From Thalia democratica (lineage: Eukaryota): a stretch of DNA of 64,000 nucleotides. The stretch is from contig OZ241826.1 in the NCBI GenBank assembly GCA_965202585.1, forward strand, positions 26,846,001 to 26,910,000. Direction: 5' to 3'. The notes under the pieces are model-generated. The model worked only from the letters and a program-made list of their open reading frames with translations, had not been told where the DNA came from and searched no databases. Shown one piece after another: positions 1-20,409 of this stretch; position 1 is the stretch's first letter; every line of letters starts with the position of its first letter. The position numbers and the translations under genes are program-made.

Positions 1-13
1 ATCAAACTCAAAC

Positions 14-101
14 CTGTCTCTCCTTCTCTGCACTGTTGAACTTGTGGCTGTTGGATTGGTGCCACTATGAACTTTGGTGGGGGCTGCACTAGCTTGGCCA
101 T
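14..101 (-). pseudogene. TEKT1: Frameshifted duplicate of tektin-1 exon 1 (second tektin-1 copy presumably continuing left of the window)
   Basis: 1-205 aligns to 20301-20520. ATG (101) and GT donor are retained, but an 8-nt deletion between two CACT repeats shortens the exon to 88 nt. Confidence 0.9.
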
Positions 102-399
102 GTTTACTTACTAAAAGTTACTTAGAGCATTTAGTCTGAAACTTTATGTTTAAAGTGTTTACATTTCATATCCAACAAATTTTACATTCAAATAAAAATA
201 AAAAAGCTAAATATTCTAGCAATAAAGTTTTAAAGTTTGCATAGTAACAAAATAATTTGAAAAAATAAAAAAATGTGAAATGTGCATTTAAAAAGGCATA
301 TTACGTAAGAGGTAATTTTAAAGTAAAAAATAAATTTGGCTCAGTATTAAGGTAGGCTAGGCTTTTAGGGTGGAGTAGACGGACGTGGAGGTATGAAAC

Positions 400-510
400 A
401 GCGCCATCGTGCGGTGAAAAAACACGCAAATAAATTTAATTTTTTCATCTAAATCTAATTCCGTGCAGGGTCAAAGGTCAGATGGTGACTCTGTGGCGCC
501 ACCTAGCGGA
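400..510. promoter_or_regulatory. GC-rich motif cluster: two CTCF-like motifs (400-414, 496-509) and a DR1 element (468-480)
   Basis: Reverse complements CCGCACGATGGCGC and CCGCTAGGTGGCGC; GGGTCA-A-AGGTCA. Confidence 0.4.
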
Positions 511-3500
511 TAAAATTTTTCTATTATCTTTATGCGTACTTGGATGCTAATTTTTTTGTTTATAGTTAGAGCTTTAAAAATCCAATTTTTCGTATGTTTC
601 TTTTAAATAAACGTCTTTAAACATACTTTACTTGATATACCGCACAAAGTAAAAGTTAAAGTAATGTCTCAACCTCAACAATTTTACATTAATTTAAAAA
701 ATTAATATACGATAAAACCTTTTAAAGAAATAAAACATGTAATTTCATAAGATTTATGAGCTAAATTTTAGAATTTTTCGTTTAAAATTTTCTTTTTTCT
801 TGTTTAAAATGTTTGTTTTCAGTAAAATAAAAACATACTAACAATCTCATTTACTTTCTGCATTACTGTTTAATATTAGGTCAAAAAAAGTGTTACTTGT
901 TAGTAAGAGTTAAATAAAAAAAATATTTTAATAAATGTTCTCAATTTAACTCATACGAAAATCCTTAACATTCTAGTTACAAATTAGTTTAGAAAATGCT
1001 TTCATTATAAACTTCGAAAACACTTTTAAAGCTCATATTCGATTGAAATTTACGCTAAACTTTTGAAAGATGCAAGGTGTTTTTGTCTGCTTAACTTAAT
1101 ATTAATAAGTACAGTCTCTAAGCTTAAGAATATATAATAACAAACATAATAATGTCCTGTATAGTAAGATACTGTTTTGTTCTTTAAGTAAGTGCTATCT
1201 TAAAATTAGTTGTCTGTCTAAGTATGAACTTAAATTCTCTAAAAATTTTATAACTTTTAGTTTCATAATATAAAAGAAAAGTTTATGTTTCAAGGTTTAA
1301 AACGGGCATGAACTTGTTTCGAATAAAATAATAAAAGTCTTGTTTAATGTTTCAAAGTTTGACTAATAATGGTATCTTTTATCTTACGATGCTATGCAAT
1401 ATTTTGATACTTCAAAAAACCTATAGATGTCAATGAACAACTTTTTCAAACTTAGTTGAACCGTGTTAGTTAACGTTCTAAAAAAAGGTAGTTAACGCTT
1501 CATTAAGACGATCTACTTCCAGGTGTATAGTTTAAAACAACTTTTTTGCAGTTATTAATAAAATTTTATTCACTATACGACAAAGTCGTAGATCATTTAG
1601 CATTGTTTGATTAATTTTTGTAATTTTAAGCTTTAAAAAAATTGGTAGAGAAATCTAAATACTTTTAAAGACTTTTATTGATAATGATATACACAACTTA
1701 ATGGTTCATTTTAACAAAAAAAATACTTTAAAAGTTTTAGTTAGTTTGTTTACAATTTCAAACAGCGCAAATAACAGTTTTAAGATATTATAAAGTATTA
1801 TATATTTTAGCGTAAAATCAACATACACATTAAAAACTAAAACTTTAACAAATATTGCTTAGTAAATTGAACAATATTGTCGTTGGTAGGCATCATATAA
1901 GTTCAAAAGATAAGTATACTTTGCAACAAAACCCAGATTAACTTTACTTTTAACCAACTATTTCCTGAATTCATTCATTTATAGTGTGTGTGTTGCCTAC
2001 ACGTTTAAATGATGTTGTGCAAACAGTTACGTAACTTATACTTTAAGGCATATATTATGTTGTATATACTGTCGATTGCATCTGTTAGAATTACTGTGAT
2101 TTCTATACATAATGAAAGTTTGTATGGCTTTGAAAATACGTTATTTTTATATAATGTTTTCTCATTAGTTTAGCAACTTTTCGTATAGTTTCAACTGTTA
2201 TTTTTTTGTTAGTTTGTATATATACAATTTCAAACTCTTTAATGTATCGTTGCTGTTGTTCAGGACTTTTGAAAAAATTTGATGTATATTTGTTTCGAAA
2301 GCTTTCAATTAAATCGTGAAATTATATTAAACCGTACTTTCTAAGTCATGTATAAATAAGAAATTAAAATGGTAATTTTTAATTGTTGATCATTAATAAC
2401 GAAACATGGACCATTTTCAAAGGTAATAAACTGAAGAATACAAACAAGTTAGTACAGGTTTACGTTGCCAAGACCTTAAAATTTATAGCTGAGACTGTAC
2501 CAAGACTACGTTTGTAAGAGTTTTTTTTAGATAATATCAATAAAGCATCATGAAAGTTCATTATTTAAACAATTTTTTGTAGAAAAATATATTCAGTTAT
2601 TGTCAGTAGTTTAAAACTATACCAGCTTAGGTATTTCATTTCTAAAATTTATAAGTTTTTACACAAAGTTATGCGATTTAAGTTATTTTGCAACCAAAAC
2701 AGAAACCTTAAAATAAAAAACTTTTTTAAAGCTCATTAATACATTTAACAAAAGTGTTGCATTTTAACAGACTAATTATAGTTGCATCTTTATGTACTTC
2801 GATAAGCAAAAACAAATTTTGATTGAACAAAAATTCAAAGGTTTTTTTTTCAATGCGCTCGTGATAAATCAACAAAAGTATAATGATGTTTATTCAAAGA
2901 CGAAATTATGTTTTTAAAAGTCAATTCTATAACTCAACTTACTCTTTAATTGAAATAGTTTAAAAGTGCTGCTTTGTTTAGATGAGTATTTGTGTACATA
3001 GAAATATTTTTTAAAACAAATTAGGAATTAGTTGAGTGGTAATCAATAGACATCCGCAAAAAATGTTTAGTAGGGCTAACTATCCTCTACTTCACATCAG
3101 TCTTAATAAGTTTAAATAACTCTACAATTTTATTTGACATAAATTTCAGACTAAATAAGTTCAACTTATTTCTAAATACGCTCATTTACTTTTATAAAAA
3201 ACACAATAAAAGTCATGACCAAAATAAATTCGGCTTATAGACGGTCTAATTACTTGGATCATTTAAATGTTTTACTATATTTAGAAAAGACCTAACTGGC
3301 TCAAATTTTTTTAACTGCTAGACATTGTACTAACAAGTATCTAGCCCGGTATGATAACTTGTACATATTAAACATAATCTTTATTATCAATTATTAACAA
3401 GCGTACTCTTATTTTAGGAATCATCAAGTTGCGTACATTTTAACTAAGACCAGCGGAACGCTCTTCTAGACAGTAATTCACGCGAGCAAATATTTTAAGA

Positions 3501-6500
3501 AAAATTTGCCAATAATTTATACCAAAACCTGTTTTGAACTTTTGTACAACGATGTTTAATTGACTTAATTTAGTCTTTTAATAAATACTCGATCTATCAA
3601 TATCTTAATTTAAACAAGACCGGCCCACAAAACAGTTTTTCAAAATCAACTGCATCTATCAAAAAACATTTCAACTATATTTTTACTTATTGCATTTTAG
3701 GTAGCTAATGATCATTGTCTTTCAAATACCTAAATATGAATTAAATTTTTTGCAGCAATCGATAAAACTAAACTTAACACTCTTGTTTTCCTTTTATTTT
3801 GAGCTTAACTTAAAAAACCTTATTAACCTAGTGAGCCGAAATTACATTTAATTTTTTGAAAAAACTTTTTAAATTATGCGAGAACAAAAACTTTTCATAA
3901 ATATCGAGGTAGACATTACTTATGACATTAGCAAACTTATAAACTAAATTTACTTGTATGTATAATTTTAGTAACTTAAGGTACAAAAAAAAATCAATTT
4001 TATAAATATAAATAAACCCTTAAAAGCGCAATCAAGTTTTATCATTTTAACAAAAAAAAAGACCATTTTAAGTCAATCATAATTTTATTGACAATAACAT
4101 TAAAAAAACAATTACAAAAATGAAGAAGCTGCCACCATAGTTCGTCTGCTGGGTTGTTGTCGTCCATTCCTGTTTAATACGATGGTACTTTTTATGAAAT
4201 TTTAACTAGTATATCATGAATAAGTAATAAATAACTACATATAACAAACAACTATATATGAATTTTAAAAAAATATTCACAGTCGTCTCTTAATTTTATT
4301 TAAAAAAATTTTAATTAAAACTGGTGGAAGTTATAATATAAGCAAACAAAATTTGTTAAAATGTACTACTATACAATTTTAAATCATTATTCTTTGTTAA
4401 AATTACAAAACTTATTGTAAAATAAAGTTTTATCAAATAGGAATATCGATTACAAACCAGTATTATATAAAAAACATAGTATTAGAATAAAGGCTTCAAT
4501 TAATAAAAATTAATTATTTTTAACAATAATTCAAGACTAAAAAGTGTCAACATTAACAATTAAACTATACTTTAAACAAGCTTTAAATTATTCTAAGACT
4601 TTGGCTACTATAAAATGAACAAAAACTTACTTAAAAATTTTTAACAAGTGATGTAACTAAACAAAACGTTTAATAAACTTAAACAATGAGCAAAACGTTT
4701 ATACTAAAAGTAAGTTTCGGCTTTACAAACATATTTAATGTCATTTAAGTTAATGCAGAGACTTTAAAAATAATAAAATCTACAATAACCATAAGCAAAA
4801 TTATTTTTCAAAGGTAAAACTATTAAATAAGTTTAGTTTCTTAAACTTTATCTTTACAGGAAATACCTTGTAATAATAAAAAAAAAACTTCTACTCAGGA
4901 TTGCCAATGATTTTTGAAAACGTTTTACAAGTTAAAAGGTTTTCGTACAAGTTTACAGTTTACGTTACAAGTTTTTGAGTTTGCATTTAGTATAAAATTA
5001 AATTTAAGCTCTTAAATGGCATAAAAGTAATACAAAGATACTGTGATTCTATTTTAAATACAAGTGTTCTTGTATGATAGATTTTTCGTACTTAGTATAA
5101 GTTTTATTATTATAAATGTGAATTTGTTTTAACTTCTGGGTTTTCCAGTTTTGTTTTTGCCTGGATGGTTAAAATCCAGGGAGCCCTGGTTAATCTGTGC
5201 CTGATTAATCTATTGGAAACTTATTCTAATATGAACAAAAAAAGATTTCTTTTTTAAACTTTTATTTTTTTAATTATGACGTAATTTTTCAAGATAAAAA
5301 CTTTAATCTGTTATATGTATCTTGTACAAAAATCTAAGACAGAATTTATTAAAAAAGGCATCTTTTATTAAAGCAAACAACAAATAAAATCGATTTCGGC
5401 TAACGCTTTTCAACTACTTTTGTTAGCAACTAATTTTAGGATTAAATTTTGAGTAAATAAACAGTTAGAGGTTACATCAGAAAAAATCAATTAACACTAA
5501 TTAGCATATTTGAGCAAAATAGACATTCACAATTCATAAACAAATGCTAAAAACAGTTGATCGGTAATTTAACTAAGATAAGCAACAATAACAAAACAAA
5601 AACTAAAATAAGCGATAAATTCAAATAAAACTAAACAAAATTTTAAAAAATAAACTTCCTTAAAAATTTACTTTAATTTAATTTATAACAACATATAAAG
5701 ATTATAATTATAGTTCTATATGCAACACACTTCTAAATCTAAATACTTAATTCTATAAAGGTGATTTTAAAATAAACAAAAAACTTCTTGCAAACAAAAT
5801 CAAGAGTAACTGAAGTATTTTGATAAATACAATTTTTATCCCTTTAAATTACAAAGTAAACTAACTTTTGTATCGTTTGATCAATTAGATCTCGCACCCC
5901 TTTGGTTTGCGTAGTTTCTAGTTATTTTTCCAGAATCTCGTTTCCTTTGTCACTGAAGGATGTTACGGGTGGTGGATTTCTAAAATATGATTTAATTTCA
6001 ACTATTTTCATTTTCAACTTCTTTGTAAAAAGATTTAGTTTTTTTTTTAATAAATCCCAAAATTTCTATATAACTAAGTTATTTAAATTGTTAAACCTCT
6101 ACAAAATGAATATTTTATTGTTTTCTCTAATCACCAAGAATAAACTAGACCTTAATAAACACAAAAATTAAAACGACTTTATTTACAATTAATGAGCTGG
6201 CTGCAACAGTACAGCTTTGGGCTAAGAAGCATACCATTATTTTGTATCCCATTAAAACTAATTTATGCAAAAGTAACTTAAGTCTGATGAGATAGTACAG
6301 TACAACCATGTACCAACAATTTTAAATACAATTCAGCCTAACAACCTCCCTCAACTATACTATTTTTAATCATTAACTGTTTTTAAAGAAGTCAAACACA
6401 AAGTAAACAAATTATTTTAATATTTTTGGTTGTAACTAATATTTAATTACATCACAGTTTAACAAAATAAAATTGTGTTTCTTGAAAAAACTGTATAATA

Positions 6501-9500
6501 AATGTTCTTGTGTGTGAGGTTTTTTTGGTATGATTATTATTTTGTTAAAACAACATACTTAACTTATGCAATATTTAACTTTTCTTTAACAAACAAAAAT
6601 TTATAGTTGTAGAGAGCATTATCAATAAAAAGAAAAAAAAATCAAATATATAATAAGACTATATTTCTACAAACTTAAGATTTGTCACTATTAAGTTAAT
6701 TATTTTAGTATATTTCAACAGATTCTTTATAATATTGCACAAGAAACATTTCATTGAGATATACAAGTCAAAAACTTAAAAAATAAAAGATAATTTTTTT
6801 GTGGGCTTTTAATTTTACCTCCATCAAAAACGTTCCATCTGTAGTTTTTCAAAGTGTTTATACAATGGACAAAGTGCTATTTCATACAAAAACTTTTTTA
6901 TGTTAAGGCCATAGGTGGTCCCTATTATAATTATATAGCTTAAAATACTGTATAAAAAATTGAATTTAAACCACAAAAAGTACTTTTGATTTTTATACTA
7001 TAATCCATTAACAAAAACATTCTAGTACAAATAATTTTTGTAAAAATAATTCTTAAATTTTCAGATGAGTTGACAAATGTACAATTACGAACCAGTTTGT
7101 TTTTTATTGTTGTAATTAGTACATTAAAAATATTACCACTCTGGAATTTCTTTAAAAACACCTTATGTTTGTCCAATCTGATTTTGTCAAGTTAAAAAAC
7201 AAGTATATATGTTTCAACAACTTTTTACATAAATATTTATACATAATAAGTTGTAAGTAAGTTTAATACTATATTAAATCACAATTATAAATCATACTTA
7301 TAAGATTAAGAGCCAAGATTAAGTTAATTAAGGTAGATTGTTAAACACCAATTAGCCATAATTGTAATTAGCTTGGTAAATTAAAGAGAATTATATCATT
7401 TCTAAAAAACATACTACAAAAGTTGACATTCTTGTAGGGAAAAAAAATATTTGAATTGAGTTATTTGAATTTTAATAGAAAATTTCGAATGTTAAATTGT
7501 TAGTGACAACAGTGAAATGCTACTGGTGAGCAAGCTTCAACAATTTCAACAACTAAGTTAAGTTAATACAATTTATCAACTAAAAGAGAATTTGAAGTTA
7601 AACAAAAATAATTGGTTAAAAAGAGTTTCTTAAACAATTTGAAGAGGTTTGCAAATAACACTTTAAATAAAACTTTTTTTTCTAATTTTTTTTAATTAGC
7701 TTTTGTCACCAGAGCAGCCTTAATGTAGTGAGCCTTACAAACCTTTATCTATATAAAACTTTATTGAAACAAACTTATTTACAAAATAGACCTTACAAAT
7801 TTTCCTTAAGATTTCATAAAATGTATGAGATTTAATTTAGCTAAAAAGTTATATAAGTACATTTATTTCATTATTTAGTGATTACATTTTTCAATACTAT
7901 CATATCATATTTTATATGGTAATTACACAAACTTTATAGCAACAAATTTTCTATTTAAATTTTTTTTTACTAAATCTCAATTTTTGAGAAATATTTTAAG
8001 ACATTATAAACTGTTCAAATGCTTTAGAATGAAAATTCATTAAAAAATATTAGTACTTATAATTCTGTAACTTACCTAATATAACAGTAACTGAACTATA
8101 AATCAATTAAAAATAATAAGAGAATTTATGGAATAACAAACCTTTACATAACTGTTGGAAATCAATTCTTCCCATTTCAGCGCTGGTGGGCATTAGCTAA
8201 TGAATTTCTTCTTTCATCATTGGTTTACTTGTGTAGATTAAATTATATACTGTTGTATATCATAATAATATTGTTATTTTAAAATTTTTTATTTCATGTT
8301 TATTTTTAAACTAAGATTTAACTTTACACTTATCAATCTTTCTTAAAACAAGATATGTGTATCTTAAATATTTTATTGTAAATAATTAACATTTATTAAA
8401 GAATTAAACTATCCAGCATTGTTAAGTACTATTTAGATTTTAAAGACAAATTTAAAAAAATATATTTAATCCTTTAATTGGTGACCACAGGATTTTAATA
8501 AATTTTATTAAAGTTTTATGACTGACTTCCAGATTTATACAAAACAATTGTTTCTACTTCTATTTACTTATGTACTATTAATGCTACTAAAAATTTATTT
8601 AATAACAAAACAAGATGTTGTGTTAAAAATTTTATCAAATGTCATAACTATTTCTAACCAAAACTTTATCTGAATTGACCAAGAATTTGTATTTTGGCTC
8701 AAGTTTAATGTTTTTTTTGCCAAAATCAAGTTCATGAGCTGAAAAGAAGCCTAGGGATGAGGGAGGGAAAATAAGGGGGTTCTTAGGCCATAAATTGAAA
8801 TATGATATTTTAAAACTCATCAAAATATTTTAACTAACCTGAGTTACACAATGTAAAACTATAAGCTGCTCAAAAAGTCTACAGTAGACAGGGTATCACA
8901 GAGTTATGAAACATGTGATTGTAGAATTAAAAACAATGAAAAACAAATGATAGCTTGTGTTTATGCCCCTTCAAAAGCATTAGCTTATATTCAACATACA
9001 CCATACTGTAGGTTACCATAAAAAAAAGTAATGTACAGGACTATCTGACCAGGGCTTGTAGTTTTACAAGTCGAAAATCTTACTTAAATAAATATTTTAA
9101 TTATTTTTAAAGCAATCAAAAAAACTATTGAACATTAAAAAAAATCTTTTAGTTTAAATAATACTGAAAAACTTCAGTTTAACTTCACGGCAACTTTAAC
9201 TGATTTTCGTAACTTTTAATTATTGTTAGTAAGTTGTTTTTTGTGAATAATAATTTAATATACTAAATAGGTTTATTTCCTTTTTTCCTTTTAAGTTTTT
9301 TTTTTTAAAAGCTTATTAATGACTAAAATTAAACTTAATGTTTTAAATCGAGCTTTTGATTTAAATTTCTTTTTAGTTTTGATTAAACAAAAACAATGCA
9401 TTTAAGTTTAAAATAAGAGATTTTAAAATAATATTGAAGCATTTTCTTACTACTTGATTTGTAACTAAAAATTGTTTCAAACGAGAGCTGGCTAACTTCA

Positions 9501-9749
9501 AACAACAAGCAAAACTAAAAAAAAGGTGTTTTATTTGTATATATATATGGTCTGATAGCTCCTAACAAGTTAATTTCTTTTTATTTATCAATGAAAAAAA
9601 ACTATAAAAAACCTAAGTTTTTATTTATATATTTTTCTTAACTTGAAAAAGGCTTATAAGCGCGCACTTGAAATGTGTGCTCTAAAATACAAAATATTAG
9701 GGCTTAATATAAGCGTGTAATAAATCTTTAATGCTAGAAAACGAATAGA

Positions 9750-10110
9750 AACCTTTCTAAAACTAAAGAAAACGTTTATCTTTTCTTTCTTATTGAAGTT
9801 ATTGAAAGTGTTGAGTTATTGAACTAACTCATACAGTAATCTTCCTATTGTTTAAGCAGTTCCAATTTCAATCGGTTCAACATGAAGTTTTTATATATAC
9901 TGGTAAATATTATATACTGGTATTTCTAAGGTACGAGCTGCCTGATAGATATGCAAGTTTTGGTTGCAAGCGCAAAAATTCATTTAAGAGAACGATTAGC
10001 GCGTAAGTTGATATTCAAAGATCAGTTTTAATCGTATTTTGTGTTAACCTAGTTTTAAGTGTATTGAATAAGTGCTGGAATATTTCAGGGAACCTAAAAA
10101 AAATTGTATA
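9750..10110. repeat. Dispersed repeat, inverted copy at ~38228-38605
   Basis: Long matching stretches (ccctgaaatattccagcacttattcaatac etc.). Confidence 0.85.
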
Positions 10111-10140
10111 AAATCGTAATGTGTTTGAAATAAAAAAAAT

Positions 10141-10236
10141 CATCAACGCTTCCGAAGACCCGGGAGAAGCAGAAAAGCACAACAGGATACTGACCAGGCT
10201 GCGAACCGACCCGGAGACGCATTTCTCGCTCGTCCA
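10141..10236 (+). pseudogene. Internal fragment of a paralog of the 51210 ORF (INASEDPGEAEKHNRILTRLRTDPETHFSLV)
   Basis: About 90% identical to the reverse complement of ~51583-51678. Confidence 0.85.
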
Positions 10237-10651
10237 TATGGATAGAAAACTACCAGTTTTAATATTGATGAAGTAATTTACAAGTTAGTCAAGTTAATAT
10301 CTAAGAAAAATTACAACTTATCATTTAAAAAAAACTTTCAAGCTTATACATATTTTCATATATGAAAAATAGTTTAAACAAATACTTAAAAGATATTGTT
10401 TTAATTTTGATATTCCGCTGTGAAAAAAAACTGTCGAAAATTAAGTTTAAGGCGATCTTTAAGTTTTACTTTTTATTTAAGTAGATCCATAACTGGTAAG
10501 CAAAAAAAAAGGTACTTATAAAATTAAATGAAAAATAATATAGTATTAAACAAGGCTTCATTTACTTAAACATCTATGATTTTTAAACAAACAGTAATTT
10601 AAAAAATTAAGTGACTGTTGTTGTTTTCAATATTCATTAACTTTTTTGGTT

Positions 10652-11495
10652 CAATGATAAATTTTTAAAATTTTATTACAATACAATGTTTCACTCGTTT
10701 AAAAACAACGAGATCTTCAGTTGTTTAAAATCTGTAAAAATTTATGTGATAACAAGTAGGAAGACATTAGGCTAAACTTGAAATAAAAGAAGTTAAAAAG
10801 AAAAAATGTATAACAAAAAACTGAGTAAAATCTAATTAAAACCTATAGTTTAAAGTTATTAGCGTATGATGATTTTAATGTTGCTAGGCTAAATTTAGGA
10901 AAATGCACGTTACTTAATAATTATACAATCTTAAAACTTAAACAAACAAAAAAAAAATATACAATAAAAAATAATTCTACTAACATTTAGTGGCCTTGTG
11001 AAATCTTTAGATAACTAACAAAGAAAAACATCTCTTTAACTAAACCTTTAAGTTAAGTTTACTCGTTTAAAAAAATTTGGCTATTGTATTATGACGTATT
11101 TATATAGTGGTTTAAGTACTTGTATAAATTAAAATAGATATTTTTTTATCAAAACGCTCTTAAGTTTTGAAATAAAGCTTCTTGAAGTGTATACAAGAAC
11201 ATATTAACTCGTTCCTTTTATTTAATGATGTTTCCCCGTCAGCGTTCGCTATTTCCATTTTTTCATAGGAGCAGGTCCTGCAGATTCTCTGCGGTTTCCT
11301 TATGTGTCCGATGTGGTGTAAAATTTCCCATTTGATGTTGTAGTTAGTGTTGTTGCGTTTTAGTTTCCAAATGTTGCGTCAGTTTTTAAACGAGTGAAAC
11401 ATTGTATTGTAATAAAATTTTAAAAATTTATCATTGAATCATTCTCCTTTTTAAGTCGAGAACTTTGATTGCAACCTTTAAAGCAAAAAGTACGC
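10652..11495 (-). mobile_element. 5'-truncated Penelope-like retroelement (GIY-YIG C-terminus + 3' region with hammerhead-like motif)
   Basis: 11378-11160 reads IWKLK..YNIKWEIL..ICRTCSYEKMEI..SLNKRNELICSCIH, the C-terminal pattern of PLE GIY-YIG endonucleases; 13-bp direct repeats aacttttttggtt at 10639-10651 and 11496-11508; absent at the paralogous site near 50.6 kb. Confidence 0.8.
10677..10720 (-). ncRNA. Minimal hammerhead-ribozyme-like core in the Penelope-like 3' end
   Basis: CTGAAGA-t-CTCGTT(loop)AACGAG-t-GAAAC-attgtatt-GTA; stem II perfect, stem III 3 bp, stem I not evident. Confidence 0.55.
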
Positions 11496-13185
11496 AACTT
11501 TTTTGGTTGCTAATAAAATAGTTTCAGTTCCGATTATGAGTTACGTTATTAGATTTAATAAATAAGAAGTTATTTTAATAAAAAGTTTCATCCGAAGTAA
11601 TTTTTTAGCTACAAAAAAAACTAAAACTTATTTAAAACAAGTTGTAAGTACTGATAAGTAATCTTGTGACAGAAACAAGTCATTATAAATTTAAATTAAA
11701 TTAATTAATAAATTAAAAACCTTAGAAAAATTAAAACAAATACCAATTGAAAATCTGATAGATGAAAAAAAATTTCACGAATTTCACCAAATTTTTTTTT
11801 TTTACGATAATATAGCTGAATAAAATTAGAATTAATTAAGATATCAGTTTTTATTTCAAGTATTACGTTAAATAAGTAAAAGCACAGTTTTAGCCAAAAA
11901 ATTCAAAAAAAAGTTTTTAAATAATACTTTTTTATAAAGTCCTTATTTATATTGCGCTTAAATTAAGTTTTAGTTTTTGTACTTTTTATTCTTTTTTTTT
12001 TCAATCTTTTTATTTTAATATCTATTTTTTGTTTAACTCGTTTGTACTTGAACTCAAATTATTTTGTAATTCTACATGAAACTATTTTTAAGTCGAAAAA
12101 TAAAAACTCAATAAAAAAGATAATTTTAACGTTTATTGCCTTTTATTTGCTAAAAAGTTAGTTTTTTGAAGAATTATGTATGTTTAAAACAAAAAAACTA
12201 ATAAGCTTTCCTTCTAAGAAATATGATTTTAGGTGTGGACTTTCTAAATTAAATTCAAAATGCCTCCTTCTAACAACCATTAAATGTATTAAATAAAATT
12301 TTATAGGCCTGAACGAAATTTTTCAATCTTTGGTAGGTTAACAATGTTTTAAAGAATACATTTAGTTTCGTTTACTTTTGTTCTAAAAGAGGAATTTTTA
12401 AATGAAAACTTTAATGGTGAAACTAGCTATTGAGGACACGAAACGTTTTATCATTTAATAACTTTTTTTCTCGCTTGCACTTTTGATATTTAAAAAACCC
12501 GTTTCATCCAAATTGGTACCGATCACTTATTGTAGACTTTCCTAAACTAAATACCTTGCTTGGCTCTCACAGATCAAAACGTTTAAAAATGAAACCTTTA
12601 GAATAGTTAGAACCGACAGATTAAAAAAAAAATTGTTTGTGAAAATTATGCTGGCTTAATGTACAAACTTTAAAATAATCTCAATGTACTTAGTTTCATA
12701 TGTTTTTTAACGTCTAAATATTTAAGGAAATAATGATGTTTTATTTTGGATGTAAACAGTCTTTAAATTACTCTTATCATAAAAAATGTTTGTGATTTTT
12801 CTGAGGACTGATGTACTCATTTAAGCACTCATATAACTTCAAAATAGTCTAACAAATAGTCTTCAGTTCAAAAACTTGTTTATTATTATACAGTATTCAC
12901 CAAAACTAAAAAAGCGAGTATTTCACAGTACGAAAAAGTTTGATAAAGCAAAAAACAATTACAGCAATTATTACGTCACACTCAAACTTTAAAACAAAAT
13001 TACAGTGCCGATACTTTTAACAGTAATAAACAAAGATATTCTTATGGCTAGCCATACAAAAGGCTTGTACACACATATTCACAGTAAGGAGGTGCTATTA
13101 ATTAAGTTGTTTGTGGTAATTGTGGATTGTAAATTAATTTTAGTGATAATTGTAAACTATTTAATCAACATAATAAATTTTATTT

Positions 13186-20409
<7,224 letters not shown>

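Noticed and set aside
3200-3560. Possible Penelope RT thumb remnant
   Set aside because: Needs several frameshifts and stops; too degenerate to call by eye.
6284-6310. CTGATGA as a hammerhead core
   Set aside because: No stem II and no GAAA downstream.
8875-9021. LINE endonuclease-like peptide (MIACVYAPS)
   Set aside because: Single short motif with no supporting neighbours.
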